A stretch of DNA of 64,000 bases from Lama guanicoe (taxonomy: Eukaryota): NCBI GenBank assembly GCA_013239625.1, contig MU054129.1:127238-191237 (forward strand). Direction: 5' to 3'. This document shows positions 52,461 to 64,000 of the stretch, piece after piece. Below the pieces are notes generated by a model that saw only the letters and a program-made list of their open reading frames with translations, did not search any database and was not told where the DNA came from. Made by a program: the position numbers and the translations under genes. Position 1 is the stretch's first letter. Each line of letters begins with the position of its first letter.

Positions 52461-52889
52461 TGTAATAAAAAAGAACAGATCAGAATCCATATTAGATCTG
52501 TTCCTATTCCTTTAAACCTGTCTTTTGTTATCTAGGCTTATTCTTGCTTGCTCTGCACCTTTTGTAAAACAATGTTGCCTTTAGCCTGAAATGTGCATGA
52601 GAGCCTATTCTCAAGGCTCTGACCTTTAAGGATATTAACACTTTTGCCCTCCTATAAGGATAACAAGTTGCAGGATAGAACATAACCTTTGCTTTCTTCG
52701 AGGTTTTACAGGGATACCATGATTCGACCCACGTGGACCACTGCAAAGGGTTCCAAGAACAAAGAAATCCTACACCAAGAAGTTTGTAGCAATGAACCAC
52801 AGCCCCTCCCCTTTTCAATAGAAAAGGAACCTGAAGCCTGACATGGGGAAGATGGTTCTCCAGGACGTAGTCTACCATTTTCTTGGTCT
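52461..52889 (+). mobile_element. MER41-like LTR, 3'-truncated
   Basis: Collinear with the solo LTR at 5484 from TGTAATA to the gaagatggttctc...tcttggtct segment. Lacks the AATAAA and the U5 end. Confidence 0.85.
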
Positions 52890-53173
52890 ATAGCTGTCCA
52901 CATGGGTCAGGTCATGGTGCCCCTGCAAAACCTCTAACAAAACAATTTATTTTCTATTCGGCAACTTATTGTCTTTATATCAGTGCAAAAGTGTTAATAT
53001 GCTTAAAGGTCAGAGCCTTGAGAACAAGCTCTTTCATTTACCAGACAGGCTAAAGGCAACATTGTTTTACAAAAGGTGCAGAGCCAGCAAGACTAAGCCT
53101 AGAAAACAGGGTACAGGGTTAAAGACAAAAGAACAGATCTAATGTGGAGTCAGGTTTGTTCTTTTCTATTAGA
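52890..53173 (-). mobile_element. MER41-like LTR 5' half, inverted
   Basis: Reverse complement matches the LTR start (t.taatagaaaagaacaaa...gctctgcaccttttgtaaaacaatgttgcctttagcctg...gacccatgtggacagct). Confidence 0.85.
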
Positions 53174-54244
53174 GTAACATCTAGTTATATGTTTTAAGTT
53201 TACAAGAATAAAGTTTAGCCTTTTCCCATTTAAAATTCTGCAATTCAGGAGCATTAAGTGCACTCATAATGCTGTTAGACCAACACCACTGTTTGGTTTC
53301 AGACTATTTCCTTCCTCAAAGTAAAAACTTGTATTCAAAGCACAGCCCACATCCTCCCTCCCCCAGCCCATGAAAAACCCCAATCCCCTTTCTCTTTCTG
53401 TGTCTTCACCTATCCTAGAGGTTCCCTGTTAATGAAATCATATAAAAGGTGGCTTTTTGTGTGTGCCCACATAACTTAAGAGGAGACTGGTGATTTTTTT
53501 GTGTGTGTTTACATGAATTAGCATGTTTGTATTTTGAAAGGAAAAATCCAGATGAATTAAAGATGATATGTACAAAATAAAGCCCTTTTAATAACTCTGT
53601 GCAGCATCTAGGGGTAGGCACTGCTGTTCTAATTATGAAACCAGAGCCAAAAGGGAGATGCTTAGCTCTTCCTGTGGTGAAACAAATCAAACAAAACTAA
53701 AAAACAAACAAAGGCCAAGAAAGACAGCTGGAAAGCCAAACCACAATGTGGAAAAAGCTTTCCCCATGACCCAAGGTCAGAGAAAGATTTCATATCCCTG
53801 TGGACCAAAAACCTCATGAAACAAAGTGTTCTAAAAAGAAACAGAACCCACACAGGCAGTTCCAATGAGAAGCGGTGCAGGTGTCCAGTGTGCTCGAGAT
53901 GCTCAACCTCTCAGGTGAGGACACAGGCAGACGGACACACTGTGGAGGCAGCACTGGTCACCATCGCACTTGCAGGTCTTTAGCCTGGTGAAAACGTGAG
54001 GAGGCAGAGGCCCCAGCAGGTCCCCTAGAGGGAAAAGTGAACAGACGCTCCTCTCTGGGGGAACAGTGTGCAGGACGCATCAAAGGGCCACAGGTGCATC
54101 CCTTCCCCAGCGGTACTGATCCTTAGAGCTGATCCCACCAAAGCGTTTGCACAACTTTCAAAGATTTTTTTTCTTTAGTAACATGAATACCACATAATAT
54201 GTCATCAAGGCATTTTCAGAAGTGATCTGCCCTGGGTCCTAAAA

Positions 54245-54400
54245 ATACACACAGATGAATACACACATATACACGTAAACATATGCACACATACATACAG
54301 GAAAGAGACAGACAGGATGAGACACAGAGAGGCAGAGGGTGAGAGAGAAACAGAGAGAGACAAAACAGACAGAGAAGCACTGAGAGACAGAGAAAGAATG
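54245..54400. repeat. Degenerate (AC)n/(AG)n simple repeat
   Basis: Directly visible. Confidence 0.85.
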
Positions 54401-57400
54401 AACACTGGAGCTGGGAATGTGTGGAAATCATGCACGTTTTCACAAGTCCATCTACATGTCAGAACCTGGTCCCAACATCCATCCACCCTGCAGGGGAGTG
54501 TGTGGGGATCACACAAGGACGTGTGACCAGAAGGCAAACAAGCAGGGAGACACTTTGGGACAGCTAATCCTAGAGGCCCAGATGAGACACTGAGCCTGAA
54601 TCTGAACATGACAGAATGACTCAGGAGGTTGCATGCCAGAGTGGACAATTTCAGAATTGTATTTAATTTCAACCTGGGGACAGGCAGCTGGGAAGCAGGC
54701 GGCAAGAGGAGTGACTTTCCCCATTCCTCAGGGCAGACCCCGGCCTGTGTGGGGTGTGCTCTGCGCTCTGCCAGCCCTGTGTGGTGTCCTTCATTTGCTA
54801 GGTCTGTGCGCAAGCTCCCTGTGATCCCAGCCCATGGGGGTGACACATGCAGTGGACATTTATGTGTCTATAGACATATGGGTTACCTAGGATTCAGGGG
54901 CCTGAATGATGCCCTCTGCACTGATGGGGGACTGGGGAGACACTGAAAGTCACGTGGCTTGTCCAGGGTGACAGCACTGCTGACGGGGGAGCCGGGTCAG
55001 AACCCAGATGTGTCCTCAGAGTTGTGTCCAGAAGTGGTGCCCTGGCTGCATCCAGGTCTCCCCAGGGCTAAGGGCTGAGCTGAGTTGGTGTCACTGTGTG
55101 TGGACATGGCATGGGGTGGGAAGTGAGCCATCGGCAGCCCAGAAATTCGCTTGGGGAGCTTTGTGTCAGGAGGAAGCTTGGGGAAGGGGACCCCAGGAAG
55201 TGATCTCACAATAGAGCTCAACAGAACTTGGAACCTAGTTCCAAGTTCCATGACACCGACTTTGTAGGGGAGCCCCCTACTCAGCTCACTTGGTTGGTAA
55301 CCTCAGCGCAACTCAGAGATGTTCTGCTGCGTCCCAACACCTGAGGCGCGGCCTGTGGAATGCTTGCAACAAGGGACTGTATCACCTGTGCTGACACTGG
55401 GTGAATCTTCACCCCAGGCGCCTCTGGCCTTTTGGCAGAGGGACCCAAAGGTAACACATGGAGCCCCAGGGCAGGCTTACCGAGGCCGTGCGACCCCTCA
55501 GATCCCACCTGGGTAGCCCCACAGCCCTTTCCTGGCTGGTGCAGATGGGGCCGTCATGTTGGGGTGGAAGGGACCTGCTTCAAGCAAGAGCAGGCTGAGG
55601 AAGAGTCAGAGGCCTATGAGGCCGGTCACGTCCACAACCTGGGTCCAAGATGGCTGGCTGGGATGTGGAGAGCCAGGGCAGGGCCCTGCTGCCCGAGGTG
55701 GAGCCCATGCCCTCTGGGTGTGTCTCTTCCCTCCCGGGTAACTGAGCTGAAAAAGGTCCGAGTCTGATCTGGCAGCAGAGGGTCAACTGGGCAGAAGCAG
55801 GGGTGGTTCTGGCCTGGCAGGGCTCTGAGAGTTCCGGGCCAGGGTGCCTGCTGGTCACTGTCATTGCAGAGCCAGACACCATAGGAGCTGGTGGACAAGG
55901 ACACCCATTCCACATCCCCGAGTGAGGGGCTGGTGCGCCACACTTCTGAGCACCAGCACAGGCTCCGGGTGGATCTGGACATGGAGGTGTCCCCACTACC
56001 ACGGCCCATAGGTGAACAGGGCAGGCCTCCTGCCCAGACAACACCCAGGCCTCTCACCAGGGTCATGCCCTGGGCTGACGGGCAGCTCAGCACACCCGGC
56101 TCCGACCTGGAGCACCGTGCCCTCCTCCCTCTGAGTCAGGTGGAGGACCAGGAGCCCACAGAGGCCTAGCCCGAAAGTGAGAAGGGCAGGGCTGGGAGCA
56201 TGTGTGTAGGTGAGGTGGGCCGAGGGCTGGGCCACACAGGGAGGCATCCCCAGAGGCTCCTGTTGGGACCAGAGCAACAACGGGCTTCAGGCAACCTGTC
56301 TGGAAAAATTCAGTCACAGAACACATCCTGTGGGCACTTCCTGGGTGAGACGTGTCTGAAAAGCTCTGGGAAGATTTCTGTTCTTGAAAAGGCACATGGA
56401 AAGAGAGGCACGTGTGTAAATTGTTTTTTCTGTCACAGCTTGAGCATTTCCACAAGACTCAGAGCTCTCTCCAAGCCTAATAGTTACAGATCCAGAGCAG
56501 GCGGGATAGGGGAAGATGCCAGAGACCAAACAAAGGACGATCTGGGCCCACCAGGAGACCCCAAACTCCGGCTTGCAGCTCCTACTGCTCCTCCAGAACC
56601 TAAACCTGAAATGCTGGGCAACGGAGAACTAGTTCAGGCATCACCACCCCCTAGGGCTGAGCACCCTCTGCCCCCAGCCACACCTTCTCCAAATTCCCAC
56701 GGTCAATCCCCTCCCCCACCCAAAGTTGACTTCCCTTCCCCTGGAGTTGTTTTCACTTGGTTTTTCTTTAGTTTCCTTTGTTTCTTTCACATCTTCTATG
56801 ATATCCTTTATTTTTATATTTTTAGTTTCTTGCAATAAAATATAGAGTTTTTCCCTTTTGAATTGTGCAATTCAGGAGGATTAGGAGCATTCACAGTGCT
56901 GTGCGACCATCACTACTATCTAGTTTCTCACTATTTCTTTCCTCAAATTAAAACCCTGGATCCAAAGCACACACTCTGCTTCCTTCCTCCCCAGTCCCTG
57001 ACAACCCCAAGTCCTCTTCCTCTCAGCCTGTTTTTACACCCCCTGGATAATCCCTATGAATGAAACCATATGAAAGGTGGCTTTTTCTGCCAGCCCACAT
57101 GGTTTAAGTGGGGGATGGTGAATTTTTTTTGTTTTCACTTGAAATAGCAATTTTCACTTTGCCTCCCCCAAAGAACTTCCTAAGAACATACCCGAAACAG
57201 GCTCGCACACACATTTTTGTCTGAGGATCTGCTTCCTGGGGAGCTCAGCCTGAGACAATCCCTATAGATCTTATCACAGTACTCACGTATTAACGCTGTT
57301 TTTTTGCTTTCTTCTAAACATGTGATCTCATCGATGAAGTCACAAGTGATTTTAGGGAAGGAACTACACTTATTGCATCATCAGTTTTCCTCATCATCTC

Positions 57401-58460
57401 CTGAGCAGCACAGAATTTTCTGTAGGACGGGGAGTGTGAGTCAACTTTTCAGTGCCAAAGTTTTTCATTATGTTGCAAGTTTTCATTTCTACCATCTGGA
57501 GTTTAGGAAACTCATGAGTTTACTGAAATGCATGTAAAATATGTAAATATTATTCATATAAGGTATGTCATTATTGGAGATGAAGCTCCTGGTTTTGGAT
57601 GTACATCACTTTTGTACATATCCACCAAAGGGGAGGTAAGCTGGGAGAAGACAGCCTATACTTTCAGGAGTCAATGACTGAACATAACGTGCAGGCTTAT
57701 TTTTTTAAAGTGGAAGATTGAAGAGTATCTGGCTGTTATTTATACCAGTTCACAATGTCACTGAGTCAGAGGGACCTTGGGACCATCTGGTGTCTGACTT
57801 TCTTCTATCCAGTTGGTAATTTGCAAAGAGGTCAATATAGTCTTAACATTTCAAGTAAGAATGTGAAAACACCTTGGTAAACCAGATGAAGAAATAACCA
57901 AGTGGAAAAGGGTCTCCCATCAGATTCTATGCCCATTTTCTTGGATCCTCTGTGTTTTAAGATCTTTGTACTTTGTAGATGGATGACCTGGGCCCCACCT
58001 CCATCATCGGTAATTAGTATTAGAAAAGTCACTCCTCTTCCAACCTCAGCTTCCTTATCTGTCAAATAGGGAAACAGTAAAGGCACCAACTTCCTAAAGG
58101 GTTTGTGAGGGTTAAAGTACATGAAGTAATTACTGAGTATTGTTCCCAGTATGGTCTTGGGCACCTCCAACCCCCACTGTCATCATTATCACAGCAGGGA
58201 CTCTCAGTATGTGCATAAGAAGTGGGGTGTGAGCTACTGGATTGGTTTCCATCTCCCCTGAGGCCTGCCTTGGGGGCAGCATCTGCTACCCCAGGTTCAA
58301 GGGATGCAATTCTCCTGGTTAGATTGCTCCCAGGAGGCTTGCGTGGTGAGGTCAGGGGTCTGGGGGTATGGCAGTGACAGAGGCAGGTGTATGGTACCTG
58401 CCCAGGATGCTCTGCTCTGGTCATCTTGCTCCCATCTCCCACTCAGACAAGCCTGGGGTC

Positions 58461-59770
58461 TGCGAACACAATTCTTCAACTTCTTGCTTATGAAAATGCT
58501 AAGGAGGACTGCAAAAAGGCTATTGGTCCCTTTAAAGGGAAGGCTCCATTGACTGAATATATAAAATTGTGCCAGAGAGTGGGAACAGAAAGTTTTAAGG
58601 CCAATATGATGTTGCAAGCCACGGCAGGATTGAAATTAGGAAAAACCTTTCAAGGCAAATGGTTTAATTGTGGAAAAATTGGTCATACAAAAAAGGAATG
58701 AATAAATACAAAACAAAGGCTGCACCAGAAAATTTTATGAGAAATAAAAAGGAAAAATTTCCTGGAGTCTGTCCAAGATGTGAAAAAGGAAATCACTGGG
58801 CAAATCAATGTAGGTCTGTGTTGCATAAGGATGGGACAATGTTCAGGAAAGCTTCAAAAGGGGCTTGCTCCCAGCCCCATGACAAAAGGGAGCGTTCCCT
58901 GTACATGCCAGCGCGAACAAAGATTACAGCACAATGTCATGGAATTATCCCCAGCAACCGCAGGGAGTGCCTCCATTGATATCCCCTGTTTAAATTCACT
59001 TATTCTTATGCCAGGAGAGGAACCATCATTAATAGAAACAGAAATGTATGGACCTCTTCCTCCTGGGACAGTGGGCCTGTTATTAGGAAGATTGAGTTTA
59101 ACTTCTCAAGGTGTCTGGGTTCATACTGGGGTGACAGATAGTGACTATACAGGAGAAATTAAGGTTACGATGTCATCTACAAAGCCATGAAAAGCAGAAA
59201 AAGGAAATAAAACTGCTCAGCTGCCACTACTGCCATACTACCCTGCAGGTGTCAGCAACAATGTGAGAGGAAACGAAGGATTTGGAAGTACAGGAAAGGT
59301 GGGGGTGTTTTTAACCAAAAAGATTCTGGATTCACGTCCTGTCTATAATGTGAAAATACAAGAAAAATCTTTCAGAGGCTTAATTGATTCTGGAGCGGAC
59401 ATTTCTATCATTTGTTCTACTCACTGCCGGGTCGATGGCCAACACAGCCAGCAAATATTGATGTTGTGGGTCTAGGGAGAACCCAGGGATTAAAATGTAG
59501 CAGTCTGATCCTTGATTGTCGAGGCCCTGATGGTCAGACAGCTAAGATACAACTTTATATTGCTGACTTGCTGATAAATCTATGGGAGAAAGACTTATTA
59601 AAACAATGGAAAGCTAAAATTTACATTCCTCTCCCAATCTAGTCAAATAAGCCAAGCGATGCTGGAAAGCCAAGCGGGCACATCAAGGCTACCTGCCTGC
59701 TAAAGGATTGGGGAAAAACAATCAAGGAATGTTAAGCCCAATAGAGCCTAAAATAAATAAAGACAAAAGC
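58461..59770 (+). mobile_element. Betaretrovirus-like (ERVK/class II) internal relic: gag 3' end, dUTPase, protease, G-patch
   Basis: Capsid C-terminus LAYENAKEDC. Zinc knuckles FNCGKIGHTKKE and CPRCEKGNHWANQC. dUTPase ATAGSASID...GLLLGR...VHTGVTDSDYTGEIKV...RGNEGFGSTG. Protease GLIDSGADISII and NLWEKDLL. G-patch-like KGLGKNNQG. Stops and frameshifts. No LTR, pol or env. Confidence 0.95.
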
Positions 59771-61518
59771 TATCCCATGTTCCTGGATTGGAAGAATCAA
59801 TATTCTTAAATTGGTCAGACTGCCCAAGGCAATCTACAGATTTAATGCAATCCCTATCAAATTACCCAGGACATATTTCACAGAACTACAACAAATCATA
59901 ATAAAATTGATATGGAACCACAAAAGACCTAGAATTGACAAAGCATCACTGAAGGAAAAGAAAGATGCTGGAGGAACAACACTTCCAGACTTCAGACAAT
60001 ACTATAGAGCTACAGTAATCAAAACAGCATGGTATTGGTACAAAAATAGACATATGGACCAATGGATCAGAACAGAGAGCCCAGAAGTGAACCCACAAAC
60101 TTTTTATTAACTAATCTTCAACAACGGAGGCAAGAACCTACAATGGAACAAAGACTTTTCAGCAAATAGTGTTGGGACATGTAACAGCATGTAAAGCAAT
60201 GAAGCTAGAACACTCCCTTACACCATACACAAAAATAATCTCAAAATGGATCAAAGACTTAAACATAAGACAAGATACAGTAAACCTCCTAGAAGAAAAC
60301 CTAGGCAATGCACTGTCTGACATACATCTCAAAAATGTTCTCCTAGGGCAGTCTACCCAAGCAATAGAAATAAAAGCAAGAATAAACAAAAGGGACCTAA
60401 TTAAACGTACAGGCTTCTGCACAGCAAAGGAAAGCATAAGCAAAACAAAATGAAAGCTACAGAATGGAAGAAACTTTTTGCAATGATGAAACTGACAAAG
60501 GCTTGATCTCCAGAATATATAAGCAGCTCATACGGCTTAATATAAAAAAAAAAACCAAAATTCGGCAGAAGACATAAAAAAAAATTCTCCAAGGAAGAAA
60601 TACAAATGATCAATAGACACATGAAAAAATGCCCAATTTCACTAATTATCAGAGAAATGCAAATCAAAACTACAATGAGGTATCACCTCACACCAACCAG
60701 AATGGCCATCATTCAAAAGTCCACAAATGACAAATGCTGGAGAGGCTGTGGAGAAAAGGGAATCCTCCTACACTGCTGGTAGGAATGCAGATTTGCGGCC
60801 AGTGTGGAAAACAGTATTGAGATTCCTCAAAAGACTAGGAATCGACTTACCATATGACCCAGGAATCCCACTTCTGGGCATATATCTGGAAGGAACCCTA
60901 CTTCGAAAACACACTTGCACCCCAATTTTCATACCAACACTATTTACAATATCCCAGACAGGGAAACAGCCTAAATGTCCATCAACATATGAGTGGATAA
61001 AGAAGATGTGGTATATTTATACAATGGAATACTATTCAGCCATAAATATGACAACAATATGACAACGCCATCTGCAGCAATATGGATGTTCCTGGAGAAT
61101 GTCATTCTAAGCGAAGTAATCCAGAAAGAGACAGAAAAATACCATATGAGATCACTCATATGTGGAATCTGAAAAGAAAAGAAAAGGACAAATGAATGTA
61201 AATACAAAACAGAAACAGACTCATAAACAAAGAATGCAAACTTCTGGTTGCCAGGGAGGAGGGGGGTGGGAAGGGATAGACGGAGAGTTTGAAATTTGTA
61301 GATACTGACAGGTATATATAGAATAGATAAACAAGAACATACTGTATCGCACAGGAAAATATATACAAGATCTTGTGGTAGCTCATAGTGAAAGAGAATG
61401 TGACAATGAATATATGCTTGTTCATGTATGACTGAAAAATTGTGCTCTACACTGGAAATTGACACAACATTGTAAATGACTATAACTCAGGAAAATAAAA
61501 TTTAAAAAAAAAGAAAGA
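59771..61518 (+). mobile_element. L1 3' portion (about 1.75 kb), probably chimeric
   Basis: ORF2 [16 protein letters not shown] through 3' UTR and poly-A. Its 3' flank equals that of the 23545 L1, but there is no matching 5' TSD. Confidence 0.93.
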
Positions 61519-62831
61519 AGGATCAGATAACTAAATGCTTATCTAGCACACAATGAATTCTGCTTCGGGGAAAGGAGTAGTAATCAGCATTTAATCTGAA
61601 ATTGTAAATACTCCTGAATATAAACAAAAGGCATAGGCTCATGGAAACTCATCTTAGAAGAGAAAAGAATCCAGTGAAGCCTCTTCATTTTACAGGAGGG
61701 GAGACTGAGACCTGGGATCTGTCCTCCTGGCAATCAGCAGCAAAGCTCTCCTAGTCCTCATGTCTTGCACTATATCAAAAACCAACAGATCTGTACTAAT
61801 CCTATATTCATAAAAGTCACTTCTGCATTTTTCCAACAGTAGGTAATCTAAGTGTCCTGCAAAATACTTCCCAAAGAGTCAGGAAATCACACCAGTTTGC
61901 TGAAATACAAAAATATTTAGTTACATATTAAAACAGCTTGAACTTTATTCTATTTAAAAAGTGACATGTCAGATCAATGTTTTGATATTTTTAAGCCTAT
62001 TAAGAGTACAGAAAAAAATCAAAATTTTCTTCAATCACAAAAGAGATAAGGTTATTCCCTGAAAATATTTAATGTTGATTTTTCTAAATTAATGGTTCTG
62101 GTCAGATTCCTTCAAATTTAAAAGTTCTAGTGGATGGTTACATGGCAATACAAATTCTGAGTTGTAAAAATACATATTCTATGTAAATAATCTTCAAGGT
62201 TGTCTGCTTAAGACATTTTAACTAGTCCCTATCTTACTAGAATGACATTAATTTCATGAAAACTTCATACTGCACTAATCAAGTCTATCTGGTCTTCCTC
62301 ATAAATTCCTGATGTAGGAAGAGGCTGCCGCCACAAACTGCCTCAGCTTGAAATTAACACTCAAGGTGAAGCAGCGGATACACATATGTATTCATGATGT
62401 CACCTCCGTTCACAGGTCTGGGCCCTTTACTGCCTGAACGGGAGTGAAGTCACCAACCGTGGCAGTGAGGGAAGTGCAGCTCTTCCAGGTCTCACCTGGG
62501 CTTCACTGTTTCCCCCACAGTCTGTCTTCAATGATTAAAAATCTCTCAAGGTTCTTACACCATGCAAAACTAAATAAAGACACTTCTGCAGACAGAGCCC
62601 TTTCTCAGGCTTAAACCTTTTTCACGTACACTCAGCAAGGGGGAAAAAGAAACATGACTCTGCAAAATCTCTAAGCCTCACTGCTCACATGAGTAGAACG
62701 GACTCAGCACATGAGGACTCTTCACATTTCAGGGTGACAACAAAACAAAGCCACCTACAACAGCAGGCACTCCCATAGAGAGGGAGCAGAGGACCGGGGG
62801 CTTAGAAATCTGGAACCTCCTCCCAGAGACA
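61490..62831. repeat. Segmental duplication, copy 2 (TRAPPC9-like intron 4)
   Basis: Collinear with 24800-27915 apart from a missing 1.8-kb block. Confidence 0.97.
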
Positions 62832-63883
62832 CCAGAGATGACGGCAAGGGATAAACACAGCGGGGGGAACACTGACGGGAGGGACCTCAGGTCAGAATCA
62901 AGCCCAGGAAAGGGGGAACAGAGATATCTAGACCTGATCTCCTCTATCACATCTCAGGCTGCCTCTTCCCTCTCCAGTAGCTGAGATCCCACTGAAACCA
63001 CTAGAACGGTCTGAGTAAGAATGATGAACCTATCTTCAAGAACCATCAGATTCATTGGGTACAAAGAGTGCACCCAGGTTCAGACTACGGGGCTTCAGTG
63101 GTTGTTTATAAATGTTCTCTGCACCACTTGTTGGTGGTGGGGGATGGAATAAATCAGGGAAAAGGAAATGTAAGGCATTTCCTCGTCTAATACACATCTA
63201 CTACCAGAGGCCTTCTCCTTGGAGAGAATAATCCATAAAAAAATATAAATAAAACTCATGTATCAAAAATCACCTGGCAGCTCTGTGTCCCACCTGGATC
63301 TCCGGATTCTGTTATTACCTTTGCAAACTGTGCGATATGACAGCTATGTCCTGAACCTTTTAAGGCTATTTCATTCAATTCGGGCCCAAAGGGTCAAAGT
63401 CATTCAGCGATCATTTGCAGGTCATCTCCCGAAAACAATTCTTAGCTGTCTGCAGCTGCTAATGAACATAACCAAATCTAACTTCACTCAGTAAGAGAAA
63501 TTCGTCAACCAGGAAAAAAAGAGCAGCCCCCAGGCCCTGAATCAGCTGTTAAAACTGACATCTCTGGGATTAACATCAGCAAATACACAGGATGAAAAGA
63601 ACCCAGAAGTTTAAAGTTGATCTACCATGAAATGTTATATATCTGTTCCAGAAATCAACCAATGACTGTAATCCATTATTATCATTCAATAAGACTCAAT
63701 AAGATCGATGCATATTCAGTAAAATCAGAAGAAAATGTGTCATGTGTAGGATTCTTGACGCAACGGATTTTATACTTTATTTAAACATTAGTCAAGCTAA
63801 ACTCAGAGGGGACAATAACAAATTACTCCTGCTTGCTGAAGGACTGCCAACGAGCCCAGGACAGAGACACGGGCAGAGCTTAC

Positions 63884-64000
63884 CTGGGCGGTGTCTGCTG
63901 GCTGCCTCGGCAGGAAGTGAGCTGCCCTGGAACCTCTGAGCCCCAGCTTGGCAACCAGTCTTAGCAGGATAGTGACAGATGACAGAGGCCGAACACAGCC
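63884..64000 (-). pseudogene. TRAPPC9: TRAPPC9-like exon 4 of copy 2 (5' end outside the window)
   Basis: Reads [38 protein letters not shown](G)|GTAAGC versus [39 protein letters not shown]. No stop or indel in the visible 117 bp. Called a pseudogene because its downstream exons are cut off. Confidence 0.9.

Noticed and set aside
54205..54846. 213-aa minus-strand ORF
   Set aside because: Runs through an (AG)/(AC) simple repeat and has no recognisable domain.
56200..56838. 212-aa plus-strand ORF
   Set aside because: Non-ATG start, Pro-rich then T-rich low-complexity tail, no recognisable homology.

Overview
Repeat-rich mammalian DNA, probably camelid, judged from Vic-1-like tRNA-derived SINEs and the L1 3' ends. 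I find no intact protein-coding gene. The main feature is an unprocessed, intron-containing TRAPPC9 (NIBP/Trs120)-like pseudogene on the minus strand. It runs from a decaying CpG-island promoter near 50.4-51.3 kb through remnants of exon 2 (37148-37730), exon 3 (28799-28891), the 27-nt microexon 5 (19394-19420), exon 6 (11131-11252) and exon 7 (4199-4325). All except the microexon carry stops and/or frameshifts, and exon 4 is deleted. A second tandem copy starts at about 59.8 kb. It repeats the intron-4 sequence at roughly 88% identity (hand count over 160 bp) and still carries exon 4 (63884 to the window end, open frame, GT donor). It is joined to a betaretroviral gag-dUTPase-pro relic through an apparently chimeric L1. 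Between the copies lie a fold-back pair of MER41-like LTRs, an old duplicated block and a possible, very decayed TBC-domain retrocopy. TRAPPC9 identity and exon numbering come from comparison with the human protein as I recall it, not from a database search. Repeat family names are by eye.
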